Positions 7,771 through 14,179 of a stretch of 64,000 nucleotides of DNA are shown here, piece after piece. Within the stretch, counting starts at the first letter, position 1; each line of letters begins with the position of its first letter. Source of the DNA: a virus; IMG/VR virus record IMGVR_UViG_3300032242_001694. One strand, written 5' to 3'. The position numbers and the translations under genes are program-made. The notes below the pieces were generated by a model that saw only the letters and a list, made by a program, of their open reading frames with translations, was not told the origin of the DNA and ran no database searches.

Positions 7771-7831
7771 ATGAATAAGTCCTATCCCACCGTAGCGGGA
7801 TAGGGGCTGCTGGACGCACCATGCAGCGTTG

Positions 7832-8257
7832 TTAGATCATTCGCTTTAGAACAAGCCGACAATAACTCGACTTACCAGGCGTGCGATCTACACTCGTAGA
7901 ATATAGAGTCGCAGCACCGCATAGATCATTATTAGATTTATCAAGAGCCATCTTAAGGTACTTAAAAGAGTACTCAAGGTTGGTCTCAGGATCTAAGAGT
8001 CTATCACAGCTCTGTTTAAAGCCGATCTTCTTTGCAGTATTGCAGTTAATCTGGCCTAAGCCATACTCACCGCGAGCGCCTCTAGCATGAGGCTTATAGT
8101 TAGACTCCGTTTTTATAAGAGCCTGCGCAAACGCTACAGGGATCTTATACTCGGTTGCTTTCTTCGTGACAAGCTCGGGAATGTCCTGAGCATATAAAGT
8201 TGAAGTTAATGAAAACAACGCTACCAGTCCTATAAGGACCGTACTCGTCTTTCTCAT
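7832..8257 (-). CDS. lytic transglycosylase (SLT domain) with signal peptide
   Basis: catalytic ES motif (IKTESNY), GLGQI motif, LLDPETN, ATLY; N-terminal signal. Confidence 0.85.
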   Translation of the reverse strand: MRKTSTVLIGLVALFSLTSTLYAQDIPELVTKKATEYKIPVAFAQALIKTESNYKPHARGARGEYGLGQINCNTAKKIGFKQSCDRLLDPETNLEYSFKYLKMALDKSNNDLCGAATLYSTSVDRTPGKSSYCRLVLKRMI

Positions 8258-8343
8258 TCGCTCTCCTTTTGTTGGTTGCGGCGGACCGCAAAACTAGTTT
8301 CTGCTACTTGTCAGTAGCGCGAATTACTATTTATCATATCAAG

Positions 8344-8418
8344 TGGTGCTAATGGCTGGTTTCGAACCAGCTTGGGGCATCTTATGAGGATGCTACGATG
8401 CCGAACCGTCCCACTAGC
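8344..8418 (-). tRNA. tRNA(CAT), Met or Ile2, atypical D-arm
   Basis: CTCATAA loop, G1-C72 paired (not initiator), CCA. Confidence 0.8.
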
Positions 8419-8428
8419 ATTATTAAGA

Positions 8429-9148
8429 TCAGAACTTTTCCCACTTGTCTAGAGATACTTTGCCCATCTCAAAAGTTTTTAACTCAGGCTTTAGTACCAG
8501 ATTTACGTCGCCTGCAATAGACAGGCGACGACCGGTAAACCTACCATCGACGTTTGCCGGATGGCGATCTACCATGTGCTTGGTCTCACTGAGGAACACG
8601 AGAAGCGTACCTTCTGTAACCTCGATCGGGAACCTATTAGTGTTGTACTCATTAACTTCATCGATAAGTGAATCCTCAATAGGCCGATGAAGGCATAAGA
8701 TATTATCCATAATCTTCTCACTTTGGTCGTTCATGATCCAAAGAGCGTCGCATAGATTTGGGGCTTCTGGATAGTAGACGAATGACACGTCAGAGGATGG
8801 ATGATAGTGAGGTGATATAGCAGCCATGCCGTGATCGTGAGCAATGTCCGGACTATCTACGATCACCATTGAAGAGCGAGTGATGTAGTAGTCAAAGTGT
8901 GTTTCTCTGAGGCGATACGCTTTAAGGTACCGCTTTACCTCAACGATAATATCGTCGTATAGAGGTTTAAGAACTGGATCTTGGTGCATCGTAGCTTTTC
9001 CAGCATACTCACCTTGGACCAGAGTTCGAGAAGGAACAAACGAGTGTTTATCGTATACTTCCATAATTCTCTTATAGTGTTCTTTATGTTTATCCAAAAC
9101 ACAAGAGTAGACAAGTGTTGGAAATAACGTATACATTCTATTGTTCAT
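8429..9148 (-). CDS. putative 2OG-Fe(II) oxygenase (TIGR02466-like)
   Basis: LFPT N-terminus, HYH...S.VYY, EG.L.VF.S...H.V, RLSIAGD. Confidence 0.8.
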   Translation of the reverse strand: MNNRMYTLFPTLVYSCVLDKHKEHYKRIMEVYDKHSFVPSRTLVQGEYAGKATMHQDPVLKPLYDDIIVEVKRYLKAYRLRETHFDYYITRSSMVIVDSPDIAHDHGMAAISPHYHPSSDVSFVYYPEAPNLCDALWIMNDQSEKIMDNILCLHRPIEDSLIDEVNEYNTNRFPIEVTEGTLLVFLSETKHMVDRHPANVDGRFTGRRLSIAGDVNLVLKPELKTFEMGKVSLDKWEKF

Positions 9149-9168
9149 GTCATTCCTCCATAATCAGT

Positions 9169-9243
9169 TGGTACCAACTACAGGTATCGATCCTGTTCCT
9201 CGAGAGCCACAATCTCGCGTGCAACCTTTGACACTTAGTCGGC
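9169..9243 (-). tRNA. tRNA-His(GTG), alphaproteobacterial type
   Basis: TTGTGGC loop; C at -1, G1:U72, A73. Confidence 0.9.
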
Positions 9244-9249
9244 GTAAGT

Positions 9250-9327
9250 TGGTGCCCCACCTCCGATTCGAACGGAGAACCTCTTGCTTCTAAGGCAAGC
9301 ACCTCTAACCAGTTGGGCCAGTGGGGC
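9250..9327 (-). tRNA. tRNA-Leu(TAG), short variable loop
   Basis: CTTAGAA loop, short variable region, A73, CCA. Confidence 0.88.
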
Positions 9328-9335
9328 AATAGTTG

Positions 9336-9647
9336 TTATGCAGACTTACGACGCTTGACTTCTTCAATCAGCTCGTGGTCAGTCAGTGAAGACAAAAGCA
9401 TTGACGCAAAAGAGCTCTTCACTGGATTATTCTTAAGATACACAAAACGAAGTCTCTTTCCACCTTCACCGGCTTCTTCGCGAATTTTGTAGAGCTTACC
9501 TGCATCGCGAAGCTCACCTATGATAGATGAGACGTGATTGATACTTTCACCCATATCACGAGCTACTTTAGTAGAGGTGATTTCAGTATTCATAGGAATA
9601 GACAGGATGAAGTTGATGACTTTCTGACGACGTGTAACTTTTACCAT
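9336..9647 (-). CDS. winged helix-turn-helix protein
   Basis: ITSTKVARDMGESINHVSSIIGELRDAGKL HTH pattern; GGAG RBS. Confidence 0.65.
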   Translation of the reverse strand: MVKVTRRQKVINFILSIPMNTEITSTKVARDMGESINHVSSIIGELRDAGKLYKIREEAGEGGKRLRFVYLKNNPVKSSFASMLLSSLTDHELIEEVKRRKSA

Positions 9648-9677
9648 AATATAATCTCCATGTTTGATGGTAAGTTT

Positions 9678-9706
9678 ATTATAGTTCACATTTAAGATAA
9701 TGTCAA
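9678..9706 (-). promoter_or_regulatory. sigma70-type promoter
   Basis: TTGACA-17 nt-TATAAT. Confidence 0.75.
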
Positions 9707-9716
9707 CAGTTATTTT

Positions 9717-9790
9717 TGGAGCGGAGTAGGGGAATCAAACCCCTCGCTTTAGCTTGGAAGGCTAAGGTATTATCACTATACGAACTCCGC
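9717..9790 (-). tRNA. tRNA-Gly(TCC)
   Basis: cloverleaf, CTTCCAA loop, T-loop TTTGATT variant, CCA. Confidence 0.9.
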
Positions 9791-9794
9791 GAAT

Positions 9795-9890
9795 TGGTTG
9801 TAGGTTAACTCGACTCGCGTGTCAAGCTTAGATCTCGTACCGTCACCCCTACTTAGTGCGGTCGTATCTAGTTTTCGTCGAAACTAGCAA
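9795..9890 (-). ncRNA. putative small structured RNA ending in ACCA
   Basis: GTAGG/CCTAC closing stem before ACCA, internal and upstream hairpins. Confidence 0.4.
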
Positions 9891-9894
9891 AACT

Positions 9895-9971
9895 TGGCGG
9901 TCTCTGAGAGATTCGAACTCCCAACCCCCTGATTCGTAGTCAGGTGATCTATCCAGTTGAGCTAAGAGACC
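9895..9971 (-). tRNA. tRNA-Arg(ACG)
   Basis: canonical cloverleaf, CCA. Confidence 0.94.
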
Positions 9972-9980
9972 AATTGGTGC

Positions 9981-10157
9981 TTAGGCGTTATAGTCGCGCC
10001 TAGTGTGTTTTAGATAAGACTGTTTAATTTCTTGGATGCGCTCTTCTAGAACACTGATGGTTGTGTGAAGGTGTCCTGTGTCTTCCGGCTTGAGTCTAGA
10101 CTTTAATACATTGATTTCAAACTCTAAAGCTTCGAGATGATATTTGATCGTTACCAT
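9981..10157 (-). CDS. 58-aa hypothetical protein (not in ORF track)
   Basis: AGGAG RBS; MVTIKYHLEALEFEINVLKSRLKPEDTGHLHTTISVLEERIQEIK... Confidence 0.7.
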   Translation of the reverse strand: MVTIKYHLEALEFEINVLKSRLKPEDTGHLHTTISVLEERIQEIKQSYLKHTRRDYNA

Positions 10158-10173
10158 TTTACACTCCTAGAAT

Positions 10174-10247
10174 TGGCGAAGGTGCAAGGATTCGAACCCT
10201 GACTAACGGAGTTGGAGGCCGTTGTGCTACCATTACACTACACCAAC
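10174..10247 (-). tRNA. tRNA-Trp(CCA)
   Basis: CTCCAAC loop, G73, two U-U mismatches in acceptor stem. Confidence 0.85.
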
Positions 10248-10249
10248 AT

Positions 10250-10335
10250 TGGCGGAGCGTATTGGAATCGAACCAATTCAACCTTGCGGTTGCACAGTTT
10301 AGCAAACTGCTGCATTACCATCCTGCCCACGCTCC
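10250..10335 (-). tRNA. tRNA-Ser(GCT)
   Basis: class II cloverleaf, G73, CCA. Confidence 0.92.
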
Positions 10336-10970
10336 ATTAACTTATTGACAAAGTCGAGAAGTAAGTTGTGATGCTTCTCGTTATGCCAATGATTTTTTAA
10401 GTATGGCTTATCATACCAGAACTCTTCTGACTCAGGATGACAACCTATGAGCCCGATCCTGTCTTGTATGATAGCCATAGCATCACCATTGCTATATTTA
10501 GCAATTGTATCGAATTTAGTCTCGTCCCCTATCAACGCGCATCCATCATAGAAAAATATGCTATGATTGCTACCAAGCCAACTAACAGGAGCGACTGTTG
10601 AATAACTACGACGAATATCTGCATTGGGCCTCTTTATATACTGGACCGGCTCGACGTCTTTAAGGATGTCGAAGTAGTGGCTGCCTGCCCAGTAAGCACC
10701 CATGCAGATGCCTAGATAGTAGCCGCCGTTGTCTACAAAGTCAGCAACCACGTTGCTGGCTCTTCTCTTAAAAAAGTTATAGTATCTACTAGCGTCGCCA
10801 ATACCTCCTGGAAAAGCTACGATGTCAACGCCATCAAATAGTCTAGGAGTTATATCGTGTTCTGAGAAGATCTTGATATTGTAATTAGAAACGAGCGAGC
10901 GTATCATGCCGTTACAGCACTGGTTAGAACACTCGGGATGATGTCTGAATAGGGCTATTGTTTTCATCAT
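10299..10970 (-). CDS. BPL_N-like class I glutamine-amidotransferase-fold protein
   Basis: FPGG, YLGICMGAY nucleophile elbow, HPE motif. Confidence 0.75.
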   Translation of the reverse strand: MMKTIALFRHHPECSNQCCNGMIRSLVSNYNIKIFSEHDITPRLFDGVDIVAFPGGIGDASRYYNFFKRRASNVVADFVDNGGYYLGICMGAYWAGSHYFDILKDVEPVQYIKRPNADIRRSYSTVAPVSWLGSNHSIFFYDGCALIGDETKFDTIAKYSNGDAMAIIQDRIGLIGCHPESEEFWYDKPYLKNHWHNEKHHNLLLDFVNKLMERGQDGNAAVC

Positions 10971-10981
10971 GTATTTATTTA

Positions 10982-11058
10982 TGGCGACCTGTAGGGGTAA
11001 CGATCCCCTCGTCTCTTGCGTGACAGGCAAGCGTCTTCACCATGCCGACTCACAGGCC
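10982..11058 (-). tRNA. tRNA-Asp(GTC)
   Basis: CTGTCAC loop, G73, atypical T-loop ATCGTTA. Confidence 0.88.
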
Positions 11059-11060
11059 AT

Positions 11061-11134
11061 TGGTGCTTTCGCATGGTATCGATCCATGGTCTCACGGTTA
11101 TCAGCCGAGTGCTCTACCTTTGAGCTACGAAAGC
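11061..11134 (-). tRNA. tRNA-Ile(GAT)
   Basis: CTGATAA loop, T-loop ATCGATA, CCA. Confidence 0.9.
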
Positions 11135-11138
11135 AAAT

Positions 11139-11213
11139 TGGTACCCAGTGACGGGATCGAACCGCCGACAATCTCCGTGTAAAGGAGGAGCTCTACCTCT
11201 GAGCTAACTGGGC
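11139..11213 (-). tRNA. tRNA-Val(TAC)
   Basis: canonical cloverleaf, CCA. Confidence 0.93.
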
Positions 11214-11218
11214 ATATT

Positions 11219-11294
11219 TGGTGGAGAATAACGGGATCGAACCGTTGACCTTCTGAATGCAAATCAGACGCTCTCCCAGCTGAGCTAATTCCCC
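11219..11294 (-). tRNA. tRNA-Ala(TGC)
   Basis: canonical cloverleaf with G3:U70. Confidence 0.96.
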
Positions 11295-11300
11295 GATCTT

Positions 11301-11376
11301 TGGTGAACCATGCAAGAGTCGAACTTGCGACAAAGAGATTAAGAGTCTCCTGCTCTACCAACTGAGCTAATGGTCC
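11301..11376 (-). tRNA. tRNA-Lys(CTT)
   Basis: canonical cloverleaf, CCA. Confidence 0.94.
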
Positions 11377-11381
11377 TAAAC

Positions 11382-11478
11382 TGGCCAGTTTTATCCACAT
11401 CTTACTCTTGGGCTATAAGGCTTACGCAACTTAATCGGGCGAGATAGCTTGCCTGTAGTGGACCGGGCGACTGGAACC
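11382..11478 (-). ncRNA. putative ~95-nt structured RNA ending in CCA
   Basis: ends pair (CCAGT/ACTGG; TCCAC/GTGGA) immediately before CCA. Confidence 0.4.
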
Positions 11479-11484
11479 GGTAAC

Positions 11485-11569
11485 TGGTGGACAGGGTTAG
11501 ATTCGAACTAACGTAGCCTGAGGCGGGAGATTTACAGTCTCCTGGTATTAACCACTCACCCACCTGTCC
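11485..11569 (-). tRNA. tRNA-Tyr(GTA)
   Basis: class II cloverleaf, CCA. Confidence 0.94.
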
Positions 11570-11570
11570 A

Positions 11571-12000
11571 AAGCAAAAGGCTCCGTTGCGATATCTTGCG
11601 ATACGACTGCCGAGTAGTTCCTTTTGCCAATTGTATTGCTGCTCTGAGGATTCGCACCTCAGCCCCCATTTTCCTAAACTACTCGGGGTTACGGGATCTG
11701 ATGACCATCTCCTATCTTACCCTTTTCGTCAACTGGCTATGCTCGTCTCATACACCAAGCAGCAAACTCTAAATTCTCTCGCCGTTTGTTTATAGAGGGG
11801 ATCGGCGGCCCTCTACTGGTAAGCACAAGAGACAGACCGCGGAGACCGTCTCTATAGTAATCCAGCGACTCAAATTGGTCTGGGTTTGTCCTAGTGAAAG
11901 AGTCCCAGAACGGATTTGTGATGGGCATTGAATTGCCACCTCGCTCATCCTAACTCTCATCCTCATTTGTGGGCGAGGACTTAACCGCCTTTCGGCTCCC
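11571..12000 (-). ncRNA. ~430-nt block of structured non-tRNA RNA(s), including a tRNA mimic at 11636-11765
   Basis: no credible ORF; many stems, a T-arm-like hairpin, 8-bp acceptor-like stem, long-range 10-nt complementarity. Confidence 0.55.
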
Positions 12001-12003
12001 TAA

Positions 12004-12080
12004 TGGCTCCGAGTGTTGGAATCGAACCAACCTGATGAACAGATTAACAGTCTGCTGTCCCACCTTGTGACCGACTCGGA
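12004..12080 (-). tRNA. tRNA-Asn(GTT)
   Basis: CTGTTAA loop, U1-A72, G73, CCA. Confidence 0.9.
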
Positions 12081-12088
12081 ATAAACTT

Positions 12089-12259
12089 TTATCTCTACAA
12101 AGACACTACATGAAACCAAATTTCGGAGTCGGGTGCTTCCCTTCCTTAGCCATTGATCAGGTTGTCTTAGAGCGGCATGATGGCCCAATCGCTCGTAGCC
12201 TATGCGTCCATAGGCGGTACCCCGTGTAGTGTCTGTGAAGAGATAACCGAAGTTATCTC
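12089..12259 (-). ncRNA. structured leader of the tRNA operon
   Basis: long closing stem (12101-12110 with 12225-12234; 12089-12096 with 12239-12246) and a cUUCGg hairpin at 12240-12259. Confidence 0.55.
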
Positions 12260-12275
12260 AACTAAGTTTCCAACG

Positions 12276-12287
12276 ATGTCAAACAGC
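12276..12287 (-). promoter_or_regulatory. rrn-type boxA antitermination-like element
   Basis: GCTGTTTGACAT just downstream of the operon promoter; cf. E. coli boxA TGCTCTTTAACA. Confidence 0.55.
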
Positions 12288-12307
12288 GGTAGTCAACTTA
12301 TATTCTC

Positions 12308-12336
12308 AATATAACCCATTAAGGATATAATGTCAA
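12308..12336 (-). promoter_or_regulatory. sigma70-type promoter of tRNA operon
   Basis: TTGACA-17 nt-TATATT with A-tract upstream. Confidence 0.8.
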
Positions 12337-12360
12337 CTATTATTTTTTAGTCCGTAGAAA

Positions 12361-12387
12361 TGATTAAGGGCGGGATTTCTCCCGCCC
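12361..12387 (-). terminator. probable intrinsic terminator
   Basis: GGGCGGGA-GAAA-TCCCGCCC then T-rich tail. Confidence 0.6.
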
Positions 12388-12413
12388 AATTCAGTAAGAT
12401 ATTTTCCTACCGG

Positions 12414-12665
12414 TTAGGCGAGACCCATCGCAATTGCCTTGTATCCGGCAGCGATGAGACGGCGGGACGGATTACCTAGGCGATACTTCGTGGTGACCTG
12501 TCCCTTAGAATTTGTATGCTCATTAAGATAGATTGCATAGCCGCTTTGGCGCAGATCATAGATCGCGTTGTGGGGCTTTGCCAACTTAAAGCGTGAAGCA
12601 ATCTGCTTTGCGGTGAGCTGTTCACCGGCCTGCAACGCTTCCAAAACTTTCTGTGTCTTACTCAT
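12414..12665 (-). CDS. small helix-turn-helix protein conserved in T4-like phages
   Basis: LTAKQIASRF...IYDLRQSGYAIY wHTH pattern. Confidence 0.75.
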   Translation of the reverse strand: MSKTQKVLEALQAGEQLTAKQIASRFKLAKPHNAIYDLRQSGYAIYLNEHTNSKGQVTTKYRLGNPSRRLIAAGYKAIAMGLA

Positions 12666-12691
12666 TCAGATTCTACCTTCCATATTAAAGT

Positions 12692-12699
12692 TATTTATA
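12692..12699 (-). promoter_or_regulatory. T4-type late promoter
   Basis: TATAAATA upstream of HTH gene. Confidence 0.55.
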
Positions 12700-12722
12700 T
12701 AACCCACTCGGATTATTTTTAG

Positions 12723-12751
12723 ATTATAACACACTTAGATTATAATGTCAA
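12723..12751 (-). promoter_or_regulatory. sigma70-type promoter
   Basis: TTGACA-17 nt-TATAAT. Confidence 0.75.
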
Positions 12752-12759
12752 CCATTATT

Positions 12760-12942
12760 TTATCCAAGGATGTCAACGACGCGTCCAGACTTATCAACCG
12801 CACGGACACGCATCTGCGGCATGCGATCTTTCAGAGACTTCATCTCTGAGAGAATGCGTTGGGAGTTATTATCTACGGTGCCAAATGTACGCCACATACC
12901 AGAAGCGTCCTGAGCCTGAATGTCAATCTGAGGGTTTGTCAT
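12760..12942 (-). CDS. hypothetical early protein
   Basis: GGAG RBS before MTNPQ; follows its own promoter. Confidence 0.7.
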   Translation of the reverse strand: MTNPQIDIQAQDASGMWRTFGTVDNNSQRILSEMKSLKDRMPQMRVRAVDKSGRVVDILG

Positions 12943-12966
12943 GATCATCTCCATTCCTATATTCTT

Positions 12967-12995
12967 AATATACGACAGTGAGGATAATATGTCAA
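12967..12995 (-). promoter_or_regulatory. sigma70-type promoter
   Basis: TTGACA-17 nt-TATATT. Confidence 0.75.
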
Positions 12996-13004
12996 CCTTT
13001 ATTT

Positions 13005-13343
13005 TCACTCATATTGATTTTTTGCGTGGCCATCGTCTACCACGACGTATGTAATATTCTCATCAACCTCGAAGTATGCCTGCAGTAACTTGCGAGCTTG
13101 GTACAGTCGATCAGAAACACTCTTTAAAGTCTTCTGAGAAGAAGCGTCGTTGTGACCTTCCTGGAGATCAACGATTACTGACTCGAGATTCATGTCCACA
13201 GAGCTGTCGACATAGAACTCCATGTCTCCTTCCATCTCAATCTGAGGCTCGGGAAACAATAGCTGCTTTAGCTGCTCTAACTTTTGCTCGGCTGTGGTTA
13301 GTGGTGCCTTTGGTGCAGGCTTTCTCTTCAAGAACTCAAACAT
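13005..13343 (-). CDS. hypothetical protein
   Basis: 112-aa ORF with GGAG RBS. Confidence 0.7.
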   Translation of the reverse strand: MFEFLKRKPAPKAPLTTAEQKLEQLKQLLFPEPQIEMEGDMEFYVDSSVDMNLESVIVDLQEGHNDASSQKTLKSVSDRLYQARKLLQAYFEVDENITYVVVDDGHAKNQYE

Positions 13344-13358
13344 AATATAAACTCCACT

Positions 13359-13757
13359 TCAGGTCTTCTTTCGACCTATGTTGTATTTAGCCACCAGTTC
13401 CCACTCATTCTTTTCTTTGAATGGGAGAATCTTTATCTGACTGAGAGGAGTCTTAGGACTCTCAGTCTTCTTGGGCTCAACGACCTTGATGAGTTCCCAC
13501 TCTTCTAGTAAGTTCACGATTGTGTTGCGACGGCCCATGTCTTCTTCAGTGAAGTTAGACGGCTTGCCATCGAGAGCAAATAGCTCTTTAAAGTGGACAA
13601 TGTAGTACTGTCCCTGTTTGTGTAGGATATGACAGGATTGAAATAACTTCTTCTCTTTGCGTGAAGCCACACCGATACGTGTGAGAGTCTCTTTAATCTT
13701 TAGAAAATCTTCTTCTTCAGCAATCCTCACTTCCACGAGCGAATCTAAAATAGCCAT
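13359..13757 (-). CDS. regA: translational repressor RegA
   Basis: FLKIKETLTRIGVAS...QSCHILHKQGQYYIVHFKELFALDG. Confidence 0.97.
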   Translation of the reverse strand: MAILDSLVEVRIAEEEDFLKIKETLTRIGVASRKEKKLFQSCHILHKQGQYYIVHFKELFALDGKPSNFTEEDMGRRNTIVNLLEEWELIKVVEPKKTESPKTPLSQIKILPFKEKNEWELVAKYNIGRKKT

Positions 13758-13792
13758 AAGGTACCTCATAAAGTCTTTTTATTTTATTTATT

Positions 13793-14179
13793 CTATTCAG
13801 CATCTTTAGCTACTCCACCTTTATCTAACTTCTTCTTAATAGATTTAATCTGCTCCTTGTCTAAGATAGTAAGTGCCTCCTCGGCTCTCTTGCGAGAGTA
13901 TCCAAAGTACTCAATGATAATGTCGATGTCCTTGCTATTATCTTTCTTAGACCACTTTGAAAACCTCTTAGACTTTCTAATTGAGTTGAACAGATAGTCG
14001 TATTGCAGCTTCTTATCGAGATGGTGAAGTGAGTTCATCTCTTGAGCGTGGAAGATAGTGTCTGGAAAGTATGAGAGACCCCTATTGGTTAAGAACGGGT
14101 TGTAGTCTTTCTCATTCTCTCCGGTGATTAGCCCCGCCTTCTTCAGCGAGATGTCGTTGATCACGTCAAATGGGTTCAC
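13793..14179 (-). CDS. gp62: clamp loader small subunit gp62
   Basis: YNPFLTNRGLSYFPDT...RKSKRFSKW; between gp44 and regA. Confidence 0.93.
   Translation of the reverse strand: MNPFDVINDISLKKAGLITGENEKDYNPFLTNRGLSYFPDTIFHAQEMNSLHHLDKKLQYDYLFNSIRKSKRFSKWSKKDNSKDIDIIIEYFGYSRKRAEEALTILDKEQIKSIKKKLDKGGVAKDAE

Noticed and set aside
9250-9327. Amber/ochre suppressor tRNAs or genetic-code reassignment
   Set aside because: Anticodons TAG and TAA read Leu codons CTA and TTA; all core genes translate intact in code 11
9975-10003. Hairpin followed by ACCA before tRNA-Arg as another ncRNA
   Set aside because: Lies within the 3' end of the 58-aa CDS; too short to separate from chance or an mRNA-end hairpin
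11571-12000. tmRNA (standard or alphaproteobacterial two-piece)
   Set aside because: No GGGG/G3:U70 acceptor, no ANDN...AA tag frame, and arm order is not permuted
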